64,000 bases of DNA from Candidatus Sulfomarinibacteraceae bacterium (GCA_963796455.1 CAWCLO010000001.1:359372-423371); one strand, 5' to 3'. Counted from the first letter of the stretch, positions 1 to 9,172 are shown. Notes: generated from the sequence alone by a model not told the origin. Program-made: numbers and translations.

Positions 1-422
1 TGACTCGAGGGCTGAAAAGTCAGAGAGCTCCTCGAGCGAAAACCCGAAGACGCCCTTGAAGACACCGGCACTCACACCGGCAATGAGGGGCTCGAGCAGG
101 ACATCTCCGGATTGCTCACCGTGCGGTCCCCTGGCCATCACCCGGCCGCCATGGGCGCCCTCGGTTCGCTCGACGATCCACGGCGTTCCATCGTCATCGA
201 AGACGAGACGGCCGACCCGGGCGTCGCCCGATGGCGGCAGGTACTGCCGCTCGTTCGTCCGGCCGCGGGGAAAACCATAGAGGATCTGCCGAATCAGCGA
301 ACTGTAGGTGCTCTTGCCGGCCTCGTTTCGCCCGTAAACGACGCTGAGGCTTGCACCGAAGACGCCGAGGACCTCGTCCGAGAGCTCCCCAAAACGAACG
401 GCTTCTACGTTGGTCAAACGCA
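1..422 (-). CDS. AAA-family ATPase, SbcC/YhaN-like (5' part only, runs off left edge)
   Basis: ATG at 422-420 abuts the stop of the upstream SbcD-like gene. My translation is MRLTNVEAVRFGELSDEVLGVFGASLSVVYGRNEAGKSTYSSL..., with Walker A GRNEAGKST. No stop before position 1. Confidence 0.7.
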
Positions 423-1676
423 TCAGAGATCATCCTCCGACACGAGATCGATGCAAAGGTCTCTCGCCAGCGCGACAATTTCCTCCGGCGAGGAGATGGT
501 CTCGGGCCTCGCCGCGAGCTGATCGAGGACCGGGTCGATGATCTCCGCCAGGAGCGAATGGGCCGCTGCTTGATCTTCCATTCGGGCGCCGGCCAGACGC
601 GCAATGTCACCTCGAAGACCTTCTTCGGCCAGCACCTCTTCGAGGGCGACGGCCGGTCGCGTGCGATCACGGACCCGGTCGATCCACAACCATGGGTCGA
701 GACCCAGCTGTTCGTCACGAATATCCGCGACAAGATCTCTCATCACACCCGGTCGCAGGAGTGCACCATGGATCGGCGAGCGACCCGTCAAATCGATTCT
801 CGCGATGACAGGACGCCCCGCACCTGCTTCACGAAGATTCTGGCAGAGCTCGCGGATCGCGGTCCGTAATCCGTCGAGTCCCGTGATCTCGGCGCTCGGC
901 AACTCCACCCGTCGCCACAAAACGGAGGCCGTGGAAACGAATTCCTCAACGGCCCCGTCGCCGTCGAGCTCCACGAAAAGGCACCCGCGGGGCCCTTCCT
1001 CGGTGGGATCGAGACCCTGGGTCGACCCCGGGTACACGGCTGGCGGGTGATCCGAAACCCGGCCCGGCACATGTATGTGACCGAGCGCCCAGTAATCCAT
1101 CCCCGCCGATCGCAGATCCTCGACCGAGCACGGGGCGTAATTGTCGTGGCCCTCGCGTTGGCCCACGTTGGCGTGGAGCACTGCCAATGCAAGCGGGTCC
1201 CCCGTCCTGCGGCTGAATCCGCGCGCCAGGTTGTCGGTGACTTCACGGGTGGCGAAACTCCGGCCATAGACGGCACAAGCAACATCACCGTCACGCTCAA
1301 CCTCGAATCGCGCCACCCGATCTGCCGGGAAAATCTTAACTGAGGGAGGAAGTTCCAACCCCGCCGACCAGCCATCCCTGGGGTCGTGATTGCCGTGGAC
1401 CAGAAAGACCGGAATTCCAGCCTCGTCCATTCGCATCATGGCCCTTTGAAAGGCGAGCTCGGCCCGCAGACTGCGGTCTGCGCTGTTGTGAAGATCTCCG
1501 GCGATGACGAGGAAGTCCGCCGACCGATCGATGCACAGGTCGATCACCCGATCGAGGGCTTCAAAGGTTGATCGTGCAAGGGCTCCCGACACCCGGTCGT
1601 CGGTGGCATCGACTCCGCCGAAGGTGGCATCGAGGTGAAGGTCGGAGGCGTGGACAAAGCGAACCGACCCCTTCAT
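423..1676 (-). CDS. SbcD/Mre11-family metallophosphoesterase (DNA repair exonuclease subunit)
   Basis: 417-aa ORF. MKGSVRFVHASDLHLD, GDLHN and GNHD are calcineurin-like phosphoesterase motifs. 4-nt gap to the upstream gene, and the stop abuts the ATPase start. Confidence 0.85.
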   Translation of the reverse strand: MKGSVRFVHASDLHLDATFGGVDATDDRVSGALARSTFEALDRVIDLCIDRSADFLVIAGDLHNSADRSLRAELAFQRAMMRMDEAGIPVFLVHGNHDPRDGWSAGLELPPSVKIFPADRVARFEVERDGDVACAVYGRSFATREVTDNLARGFSRRTGDPLALAVLHANVGQREGHDNYAPCSVEDLRSAGMDYWALGHIHVPGRVSDHPPAVYPGSTQGLDPTEEGPRGCLFVELDGDGAVEEFVSTASVLWRRVELPSAEITGLDGLRTAIRELCQNLREAGAGRPVIARIDLTGRSPIHGALLRPGVMRDLVADIRDEQLGLDPWLWIDRVRDRTRPAVALEEVLAEEGLRGDIARLAGARMEDQAAAHSLLAEIIDPVLDQLAARPETISSPEEIVALARDLCIDLVSEDDL

Positions 1677-1680
1677 CGAA

Positions 1681-2397
1681 CTACAACCCGAGGTAGATAA
1701 TCGACAGACCGGCTGCGGCGATCACGCACCCCGCAAAGACGTGCGACCACCGTTCCAGCGGACCGAGTCGTACCAGCTTGAGACCTTCATAGCCTGCAAG
1801 CACGGCGCCGACCATGGACACCAGGGTTGCGACCGCAAAGACCAGGGCCGTCAAAATCGCCACGTCCCATCGGCCCTGACTCGCCGGCAGGGCAAAAAGT
1901 GGAATGAGAGGTTCGCACGGCCCAAGGACGAAAATAATGAACAGCGTCCAGAAGGTGGTGTTGGTGCCGATTGTTTTGCCCTCATGACCGTGAGGACTGA
2001 TGCCGTGGCTGTGGATGTGGACCTCGTCACCGTGGGTGTGGGTCTCGATGCCGCGGCGCTTTCTCATTGCGTGGCGAATGCCCCACAATGCGTAGGCAAA
2101 ACCAAAAGCCACAAGAGCCCACGCGGCAAGCGGTCCGCGCCCCGTTTCGACCCCCTCGATCTGCCCGATGGCAAGTCCCAGGGCGATACCGATCCCACCC
2201 AGGATCACCGACGACGCGATGTGTCCGAGACCGCAGACGGCGGTCACGACGACCGTCTTCAGTCGGCTCCAGTCGCGCGCCTTGGCGAGCATGATGAAGG
2301 GAAGATAGTGATCGGGCCCAAGCAGGGTGTGCACAACACCCACGCCAAAGGCCGCTGCCAGTAGACTCCACGAAACGCTCTGAGCATCCATCAACAA
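1681..2397 (-). CDS. putative nickel/cobalt transporter (HupE/UreJ- or NicO-like, His-rich loop)
   Basis: 238-aa polytopic membrane ORF. HTLLGPDHYLPF (H-x3-G-x-DH), His-rich loop HTHGDEVHIHSHGISPHGHEG, and GPCEPLIP. Overlaps the hypE stop and is the last gene of the hyp cluster. Confidence 0.6.
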   Translation of the reverse strand: MLMDAQSVSWSLLAAAFGVGVVHTLLGPDHYLPFIMLAKARDWSRLKTVVVTAVCGLGHIASSVILGGIGIALGLAIGQIEGVETGRGPLAAWALVAFGFAYALWGIRHAMRKRRGIETHTHGDEVHIHSHGISPHGHEGKTIGTNTTFWTLFIIFVLGPCEPLIPLFALPASQGRWDVAILTALVFAVATLVSMVGAVLAGYEGLKLVRLGPLERWSHVFAGCVIAAAGLSIIYLGL

Positions 2398-3432
2398 ATC
2401 CTCGGAAGATCCAATCCAGAAAGCAGATCGAGCGGCCTCTCACCCCCGATCCGGGTTTTCATTACGACCGGCGGCGCTCCCTTTGGAGCCTCCTCCATCC
2501 GGCCGATCACCATGGCACCGGCCCCGGCGGGGTCGGCGCGCATCGCCTGCAACGCGCGATCCACATCCTCGCTCGCGACCCACACCAACGCACGGCCCTC
2601 GCAGGCCAGGGCCAGCGGATCGAGCCCGAGGAGATCGCAGACCGCCGCGACGGTCTTCTGCACCGGTATCTGAGACTCTTCCAGAACCACCCGCGCACCA
2701 CTCCGTTCGGCGACCTCGTGGCTGACCGTCACGACCCCCCCACGGGTCGGGTCGTGCATGCTTCGAACCGCTGCACCGCTTGCCATCAGGTTTTCGACCA
2801 GCGACGTCAACGGACCACAATCGGACTCGAGCCCGGGAGCATCGAGCTGGTGCCGGTGCGCAAGCACCGTCGCTCCGTGGTCGCCGATCGGACCGGAAAC
2901 CAGGATCGCGTCTCCCGGTTGGATGTTGGTGTCCGAAATATCACGCCCCGGAGGCACGACACCGAGACCGGCGGTCACCGCGAAAATGCCGTCACCCTTG
3001 CCTCGCGGCACCACCTTGGTGTCTCCGGCAACTACGGCGATCCCAGCCTTTTCGGCGGCGGCTGCAGCACCCCGGACACAGGTCTCCAGGAGCACACCGT
3101 CGGCGCCCTCCTCGAGGATCAGGGCCCACGTCAGCCACAGGGGCTTGGCCCCACCCATGGCGAGATCGTTCGACCGTGCCGTAAATCGACAAACACCCCA
3201 GATCACCACCCGAAAAAACCGGTGGATCGACCACAAACGCATCGGTGGTCATGGCCGGTCGTCCCGGCGGCAGTTCCGGCAGCACCGCAGCGTCGGTCAA
3301 ATCGGCCAGGTGTTGATTGTGAAACGCCGGCAGGAAAAGCTCCTCAACCAGGCGCCGGGTCAGACGCCCTCCCCCACCGTGTGCCAGAAGGACCTTGTCG
3401 GGCGCCTTCACGATTGCCCCCCGCCTGCCCAC
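2391..3432 (-). pseudogene. hypE: hydrogenase maturation protein HypE, interrupted by an apparent +1 frameshift near 3168-3173
   Basis: ORFs 2992-3432 and 2391-3242 together give a full HypE. N-part: VLLAHGGGGRLTRRLVEELF...TTDAFVVDPPVFSGGDLG...GTV. C-part: NDLAMGGAKPLWLTWALILEEG... ending in the canonical PRIC. The frames differ by one extra base (acg gtc G aac gat ctc). Probable start is GTG 3411 (GTGA overlap with the hypD stop) or ATG 3432. This could be an assembly error. Confidence 0.8.
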
Positions 3433-4514
3433 CGCTCGTGGCGATACCAGGCGGCGCAGGTACCTTCGGAGGAGACCATGCAGGCCCCAATCGGCGTATC
3501 AGGATCGCAGCCCGCATCGAACAGTGGGCATTCCGGCGGGTCGATCACACCGCGCAAAACATCACCGCACGCGCAACCCACCGGTTCGTTCGGCGGCGGC
3601 AGTTCGACCTCGATCAAGGAGGCGTCGCGGTGCGCCCATTCCGAGCGCAGACCGAGCCCAGATCCCGGGACCATTCCAAAGCCCCGCCAGATCTCGTCCG
3701 ATGGTTCAAAATACCGATCCACCAGGTCCCGCGCATGGACATTGCCGTCGGGGGTCACGACCCGGCCGTAGACATTGCCGATGGATGCCTCGCCCTCTGC
3801 CACCTGGCGGATGAGAGCCACCACACCCTGGGCCACATCGGTAGGCAGGAAACCGGCAACCACACCCGACACGCCATAGTCCTCGGCGAGAAACTCGAAG
3901 AGCTTCCAACCCGTGATCACCGAAACGTGACCCGGCAGCAAAAAGCCATCCACATCCAGATCAGGATCGTCCACCAGCACCCGCATCACCTGCGGCATGG
4001 TTTTGTTCCCCGGCAGCAGGAGGAAATTCGGCACGCCGGTTCGTTCCGCCTCGTCGAGCGCGCCGCCGATGGTCGGAACGGTGGTCTCGAATCCAACCGC
4101 CAGGAAGATCACCCGGAGCGCCGGGTTTTCGCGAGCCAGCGCCACGGCGTCCCGTGGCGAGTAGACGATCTCGACGCGAGCGCCTTCCGCCCGAGCCATT
4201 TCCAGAGACATGGTGCTCGACGGAACGCGCATCAAATCGCCAAAGGTGCACAACACAGTGTCGGGCTGGGCCGCCAGGGCAAGCGCCCGATCGAGGTATT
4301 CAACCGGGGTGACGCAGACCGGACAGCCAGGTCCGGAAATCAGTCGCACCCGTTCCGGCATCAATCGCCGCAGACCCGCTCCGGCCACGCTGTGGGTATG
4401 GGTGCCACAGACTTCCATAAAGGTCACTCGGCGATCGAGTTGACGAGCCTGCTCGCGGAGGTCTGACAAAATCCCATCCATGACCTCCGGGTCGGAGAAG
4501 AGCCCGGTGCTCAC
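3408..4514 (-). CDS. hypD: hydrogenase maturation protein HypD
   Basis: 368 aa. FMEVCGTHTH and GPGCPVCVTP motifs. GTG start in a GTGA overlap with the hypC stop. Confidence 0.92.
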   Translation of the reverse strand: MSTGLFSDPEVMDGILSDLREQARQLDRRVTFMEVCGTHTHSVAGAGLRRLMPERVRLISGPGCPVCVTPVEYLDRALALAAQPDTVLCTFGDLMRVPSSTMSLEMARAEGARVEIVYSPRDAVALARENPALRVIFLAVGFETTVPTIGGALDEAERTGVPNFLLLPGNKTMPQVMRVLVDDPDLDVDGFLLPGHVSVITGWKLFEFLAEDYGVSGVVAGFLPTDVAQGVVALIRQVAEGEASIGNVYGRVVTPDGNVHARDLVDRYFEPSDEIWRGFGMVPGSGLGLRSEWAHRDASLIEVELPPPNEPVGCACGDVLRGVIDPPECPLFDAGCDPDTPIGACMVSSEGTCAAWYRHERWAGGGQS

Positions 4515-4738
4515 AACTCCACCATCGAGTCGGAGTACTCGCGCAACAACTCGAGAGTTTTGGCTGCTTCTTCTTCGTCCACCTGAGAGATCGCAAAGCC
4601 GGCGTGAACGAGCACGTAATCACCGACCTTGGCGTCGGGCACGTACATCGTCGAAATCTGCCGCCGCACACCGTCGATCTCGGCGACTCCGTCGAATTCG
4701 GTTCGTTCGACCAATACCATCGGGATGGCGAGACACAT
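4511..4738 (-). CDS. hypC: hydrogenase assembly chaperone HypC/HupF
   Basis: 75 aa starting MCLAIPM (essential Cys2), with typical HypC length and sequence. Confidence 0.92.
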   Translation of the reverse strand: MCLAIPMVLVERTEFDGVAEIDGVRRQISTMYVPDAKVGDYVLVHAGFAISQVDEEEAAKTLELLREYSDSMVEL

Positions 4739-4824
4739 GAGAACCCTCCCTCTCGGTCACGACGCCCCAAGGTGAAACGTCGGGTTTGTTACATGTACAT
4801 CCTACAGAAGCCTGAAGCGAAAAT

Positions 4825-4916
4825 CGCTCTCGCTATCGGAATAGCTCTCGCTATCAATACAGCAAATCGAGACTGTCATTGCTCGATAGCGATACCGATA
4901 GCGATTGCGATAGCGA
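4825..4916. repeat. inverted word array (CGCTATCG...//...CGATAGCG) forming a long hairpin between hypF and hypC
   Basis: Left arm cgctctcgctatcggaatagctctcgctatca. Right arm gctcgatagcgataccgatagcgattgcgatagcgac. The same GCGATAGCG word recurs at 21155-21174 and 25129-25149. Confidence 0.7.
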
Positions 4917-4946
4917 CTGGTTATCAGCGTTTGGCGCTGCCGGACT

Positions 4947-7298
4947 TTAACCGGCGGCCGGCTCCATTTTGAGCGTCACGCCTCTTGCCTCAGCCACTGC
5001 CGCAAGAACTGCCTGTCCATACGACAATCCCCCGTCACCCGGCGGCAACTGGCGCGGCAGCAGGACCTCATGCCCAATGGCCACGAAGCCCGCGCTCAGT
5101 TGAGAACACAGGATCCGATTGACCAGACATCCCCCACCCAGCGCCACTGGATCGGTCGATTCTCCGCTGACTCGTCGAGTGATCTCTACCACCAGGCTAG
5201 AGAAGGTCTTATGAAAACCGAGGGCCACCCTTGAAGGGTCCTGCCCATCGACCACCCTGCGTGCGGCCGCGGCGAGGAGGCTCTTCGAGGGCAGAACCGG
5301 GTCTCCGGAGGTCATATCAATCTCGACCTCAGACCAGACTTCGGCCGATCCCGCCGCCTGCGCTGCCAAAGCCTCGAGCCTCGCTGCAGCTTCACCTTCC
5401 CAGCGATTCGATTCGGTCACGCCCAACAGAGCTCCTGCCGCCTCGAACACGCGTCCCGCCCCGGAAGCAAGCGGCCACCCGGAATCCTCCGCGAGCCGCC
5501 GCACCGAATCCATGCGAGCAGTCTCAACGAGATTGGCCATCGGCGTGGCGGCGATCAGATCGGCATGTCCGCTTCGCACCAACGCCGCCACCGCGACCCG
5601 CCACGGCTCACGCACCGCCGCCTCGCCCCCGATCAGATCCAGAGCTTCGAGATGGGCAAGCCGCCGCCACGAAAGATCGCCCTGGATCTCCAGCCACTCG
5701 CCGCCCCATGAGGTCTCGTCGGGCCCCCACCCGGTTCCATCCAAAGCGATGCCGAGTGCCGTCTTCCCCGGGTCTGGGAAGTTTCCACTTTCGGCGAGCA
5801 CCGCAGCAATGTGGGCTAAATGATGTTGGACCTGGACCAGCCTCGCGCCGTGGGTCTCGGCCAATTCTCGCGCGTACCAGGAACTCGGGTAATCCGGGTG
5901 CAAATCGGCGACGACCACATCGGGGGTGGCCTGAAGAAAATCGAGCAAACCCTCGATGACCTCGCGATGAAACTGCCGGGCCGGCACCGACTCGAGATCG
6001 CCCACGTGTTGCGTGGGAAAGGCGCGATTTCCCTGCGCGACACACCCCGTGACCTGAAGGAATCCCCCGACGGCCACAACGACCGCGAGCGAAGATACCG
6101 GCAGGGGCACCGGCTCCGGTACCCAGCCCCGAGCCCGCCGAACCAGAATCGGGCCCAGTTCCGAGCTCCTCACCACCGAGTCATCCACCCGGCGCACAAT
6201 GTCGCGGTCGTGCAACAAAAAGAGATCGGCGATACCAGTCAGCCGTTCGACGGCCTCTCGATTGCCGCGACACAGGGGTTCTTCCGAGAGATTGGCCGAG
6301 GTCATGACCACGGGTGGCAACCGCGGGTCGCGGGTCAGTTCGATGTGCAGGGGCGTGGTTGGGATCATGACCCCGAGATCATCGAGCCCTGGTGCCACCT
6401 CGTCGGAAATCGGAGCCTCCTGACGACGTGGAGCAAGGACGATGGGCGCCCTGGAAGATGCCAACAGGGCCTCCGACTGCTCCTCGAGGTGGACCACGGA
6501 TCTCGCGACCTGAAGGTTACGAACCATCACCGCAAAGGGTTTCCCAAAGCGGCGCTTTCGCCGACGCAGACGATTCACCACGTCGGGATCGTCGGCCCGG
6601 CAGGCGAGTTGGAATCCTCCGAGCCCCTTGACCGCTACGATTCGACCATCGAGGAGCGCTTGTTGCGCCTGGACGATGGGATCCTCCGAGGTGATCAACT
6701 CCTCGCCGTTCTCGTCGGCCAGCCACAAACGGGGGCCGCAACGTGGACAGGCCACGGGCTCTGCGTGGAAGCGCCGATCCGCAGGGTCCCCGTATTCACG
6801 CTCGCAGTCCGGGCAGAACGGGAAACACGCCATCGACGTCCGTTCACGATCATATGGCAGGCTCTTGACCAGTGAGAATCTCGGACCGCAATTGGTGCAG
6901 GTCGTAAAGGGGTAGTGATGGCGTCGATCCATCGGGTCTTCGACCTCACGCCGGCAGTCCGCGCACAGGACGGTATCGGGTGGCACCAGGGCCCCTTCGG
7001 GGCGCCCGGTCGTCGAGGTCCGGACTTCGAATCCTTCGGCCTGCACGGGATCCAGTTCTACTCGCTCGATCGCATCGAGGTGCGCCAGGGGCGGCAGTTC
7101 GGAGCGCAGCCGTTCGACGAAGAGATCGATCATCTCCGATGATCCCTCAACCTCCGCGGTCGCGCCCAACGGATCGTTGATGACCCACCCCGCGAGACCG
7201 ATTGATGTCGCGATGCGGTGGACGGTCGGGCGGAAACCCACACCCTGAACGGTGCCGCGACACCGGAGCTGGACGCGAATCAGTTGTTTGCCAATCAA
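4947..7298 (-). CDS. hypF: carbamoyltransferase HypF
   Basis: 783 aa. Acylphosphatase-like N-terminus (VQGVGFRP). Two zinc-finger pairs (CADCRREV...CTNCGPRF; CPDCEREY...CPRCGPRL). YrdC-like and Kae1-like C-terminal parts. TTG start in a TTGA overlap with the hypB stop. Confidence 0.92.
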   Translation of the reverse strand: MIGKQLIRVQLRCRGTVQGVGFRPTVHRIATSIGLAGWVINDPLGATAEVEGSSEMIDLFVERLRSELPPLAHLDAIERVELDPVQAEGFEVRTSTTGRPEGALVPPDTVLCADCRREVEDPMDRRHHYPFTTCTNCGPRFSLVKSLPYDRERTSMACFPFCPDCEREYGDPADRRFHAEPVACPRCGPRLWLADENGEELITSEDPIVQAQQALLDGRIVAVKGLGGFQLACRADDPDVVNRLRRRKRRFGKPFAVMVRNLQVARSVVHLEEQSEALLASSRAPIVLAPRRQEAPISDEVAPGLDDLGVMIPTTPLHIELTRDPRLPPVVMTSANLSEEPLCRGNREAVERLTGIADLFLLHDRDIVRRVDDSVVRSSELGPILVRRARGWVPEPVPLPVSSLAVVVAVGGFLQVTGCVAQGNRAFPTQHVGDLESVPARQFHREVIEGLLDFLQATPDVVVADLHPDYPSSWYARELAETHGARLVQVQHHLAHIAAVLAESGNFPDPGKTALGIALDGTGWGPDETSWGGEWLEIQGDLSWRRLAHLEALDLIGGEAAVREPWRVAVAALVRSGHADLIAATPMANLVETARMDSVRRLAEDSGWPLASGAGRVFEAAGALLGVTESNRWEGEAAARLEALAAQAAGSAEVWSEVEIDMTSGDPVLPSKSLLAAAARRVVDGQDPSRVALGFHKTFSSLVVEITRRVSGESTDPVALGGGCLVNRILCSQLSAGFVAIGHEVLLPRQLPPGDGGLSYGQAVLAAVAEARGVTLKMEPAAG

Positions 7299-7966
7299 AC
7301 CCTTGGTCGCCGTTTTTCGGCTAGCCGCGACCGCAACAGATCGATCCAGGCATCGATACCGTCGCCGCCGAGCGATGAGGTAACAAGAACGCAGCCCGAA
7401 GGGTTGAGGGTGGTGATGTGCTCCTGGACCGCGTCCATATCAAAGGGGACATAGGGCAGGAGATCCGACTTCGAGATCACCGCGACCTCGGCGCGAGAGA
7501 AGATGGCGGGATATTTGACCGGTTTGTCATCACCCTCGGTCACCGACAACACGACCACCTTGAAATCCTCGCCGAGGTCATAGGTCGTCGGACAGATGAG
7601 GTTGCCGACGTTTTCGATGAAAAGAATATCCACCAACGGTATCGCGCCGTCGCGCAATCCACTGTCGACCTGGCGGGCATCGAGGTGGCAGGATCCGCCG
7701 GTCAGAATCTGGTGCGCCGGCACGCCGAGGGCACGAATCCGATCGGCATCGTTTTCGGTCGCCACGTCGCCTTCGATGACCGCGCAACTGAGCTCGTCTC
7801 CGAGGGCGCGAACGGTCGCCTCGAGCAGGGTCGTCTTTCCCGAACCGGGCGAAGAGATCAGATTGACGACCAGTGTTCCCGATTCGGCGAATCGCGACCG
7901 CAGCAACTCTGCCTGTTCTTCGTTGGCTGCCAGGGCGCGGCGTTTGACTGTCACGATTTGCGTCAT
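7295..7966 (-). CDS. hypB: hydrogenase nickel incorporation GTPase HypB
   Basis: P-loop SSPGSGKTTLL, and ENVGNLICP. ATG 7966 is preceded by AGGAGAG. The longer ORF-track start (8038) would overlap hypA. Confidence 0.9.
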   Translation of the reverse strand: MTQIVTVKRRALAANEEQAELLRSRFAESGTLVVNLISSPGSGKTTLLEATVRALGDELSCAVIEGDVATENDADRIRALGVPAHQILTGGSCHLDARQVDSGLRDGAIPLVDILFIENVGNLICPTTYDLGEDFKVVVLSVTEGDDKPVKYPAIFSRAEVAVISKSDLLPYVPFDMDAVQEHITTLNPSGCVLVTSSLGGDGIDAWIDLLRSRLAEKRRPRV

Positions 7967-8012
7967 CTTGGGGACCTCTCCTACCGGAATCTTCGCCTCA
8001 CCGGAAACAGCC

Positions 8013-8375
8013 TCAATCCGACGGCTCGTCGGTTTCAAAACTGAGATCGATCACATCGAGTTCATCACCGCCGGTGACCTCCAGCGGCATGCCGCAGTCG
8101 GCACACAACCGCATCCAACTTCCCTCCGACCGGTCCTTGTCCTCATCACATTGAGCGCAATGTTGAGTCGCGGTGCACCACTGAATGACAAGTTCGGCGT
8201 CCACATCGGGGCCTTCGGCAACAACAGCCTCCCAGGCGTAGACCAGGAGGTCGGGTTCGACCGCCGAGAGCTCGCCGACGGCGAGGCGAACCCGCTGCAG
8301 TGTCCCACCGCCATGCTCTTCGACCGTTTCGCGGCTGGTCCGGTAGACCTCGAGTGCGATACCCATTTCGTGCAC
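8013..8375 (-). CDS. hypA: hydrogenase nickel insertion protein HypA
   Basis: 120 aa. N-terminal MHE(M) with a GTG start. Zinc site CAQC...CADC. Confidence 0.9.
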   Translation of the reverse strand: MHEMGIALEVYRTSRETVEEHGGGTLQRVRLAVGELSAVEPDLLVYAWEAVVAEGPDVDAELVIQWCTATQHCAQCDEDKDRSEGSWMRLCADCGMPLEVTGGDELDVIDLSFETDEPSD

Positions 8376-8396
8376 CTGGACAGTATACCGAGCACG

Positions 8397-8452
8397 AAAG
8401 GGAGAAAGGGAGAAAGGGAGAAAGGGGGAAAGGGGGAAGGGGGGAAAGGGAG
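8397..8452. repeat. tandem 8-mer array (AAAGGGAG)x7, slightly degenerate
   Basis: Read directly. The same word array recurs at 9465-9503 and, reverse-complemented, at about 29398-29433. Confidence 0.9.
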
Positions 8453-8548
8453 ATCGCCAGTCGATCTGTCCGAGATTGGAGAACCAGGGTCCATATGGCA
8501 GAGGGGCGGAGGGGCAGAGGGGCTAGATGCTGGATGCTGGATGCTGGA

Positions 8549-9172
8549 TCACTCTTGTCCAAGATAAAGTCTCAGACAGCGATCAGGGACGGCGGCAGCG
8601 ATCAGCGTCAGCGACAGGGAACAGCGATCAGCGTTCAGCGTTCAGCGTCAGCGTCAGCGTCAGCGAACAGTAGTCAGCGTCACGTTTGATTGGTATGGAG
8701 CACTGAAATCAAGACTTTGGGTTGAGTAAACGCCATGTCATGGCACGGACTTGATCGAAGGCCTTCGTCGCTTCACCGGCTCCGTTCGGGCTGATCGCCT
8801 CGGCGTGGGCGAGGAGCTGCAAGTGGTTGTCGACCTCTTTGGCCGAGGCGTAGGCGATTCTCCAGTGGTTCGACCGGTCTCTACCGACTCGGCCGCCCAC
8901 CGGCTACCCCTTCCTTTGAACGATCCGGAGGTGGCCGCTTCGTCGCCTGTACTCCTGACCGCTGCCGCTGGATACTGACCGCCGTCCCTGACCGCTGTCT
9001 CTGTTCGCTGTTGCCTGTCGCTGCCGCTGGACACTGTCGCCGCCGCTGCAATTCGGACGCGGGCACGGGCACAGGCACGGGCAACCGCGAACCGGATATG
9101 CCGAAAACCAACCCATAAACCACGTGTTGTCATGTGGGAAACTCCAGGTGACGATCTATTTTGGACAGCGGT
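8549..9172. mobile_element. TIR-bounded four-helix-bundle element, copy A (deletion derivative)
   Basis: Left end CACTCTTGTCCAAGATAAAGTCTCAGACAG. Right end GACGATCTATTTTGGACAGCGGTG, its imperfect inverse. The interior has a CAGCG-rich arm, a truncated four-helix gene, a CGCTG-rich arm and a conserved ~125-nt module. Confidence 0.65.
8709..8900 (-). pseudogene. truncated four-helix-bundle protein (23S rRNA IVS / Avd-like), C-terminal half only
   Basis: 63-aa ORF GGRVGRDRSNHWRIAYASAKEVDNHLQLLAHAEAISPNGAGEATKAFDQVRAMTWRLLNPKS. It aligns to residues ~65-128 of the intact copy at 12547-12900. Confidence 0.75.

Noticed and set aside
2718-4466. Long antisense ORFs. This 582-aa one, plus 13206-14711, 42177-44012, 45424-47478, 53534-55153, 60179-61363 and 62285-63616
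   Set aside because: They lie opposite genes with strong motif support. Their translations are Arg/Pro/Gly/His-rich and low-complexity, typical of stop-poor shadow frames in high-GC DNA.
8523-8548. 9-bp target-site duplication (ATGCTGGAT) flanking element copy A
   Set aside because: The match is part of the (GATGCTG)n word array present on both sides. Copies B, C and D do not show a consistent duplication, so a TSD cannot be claimed.
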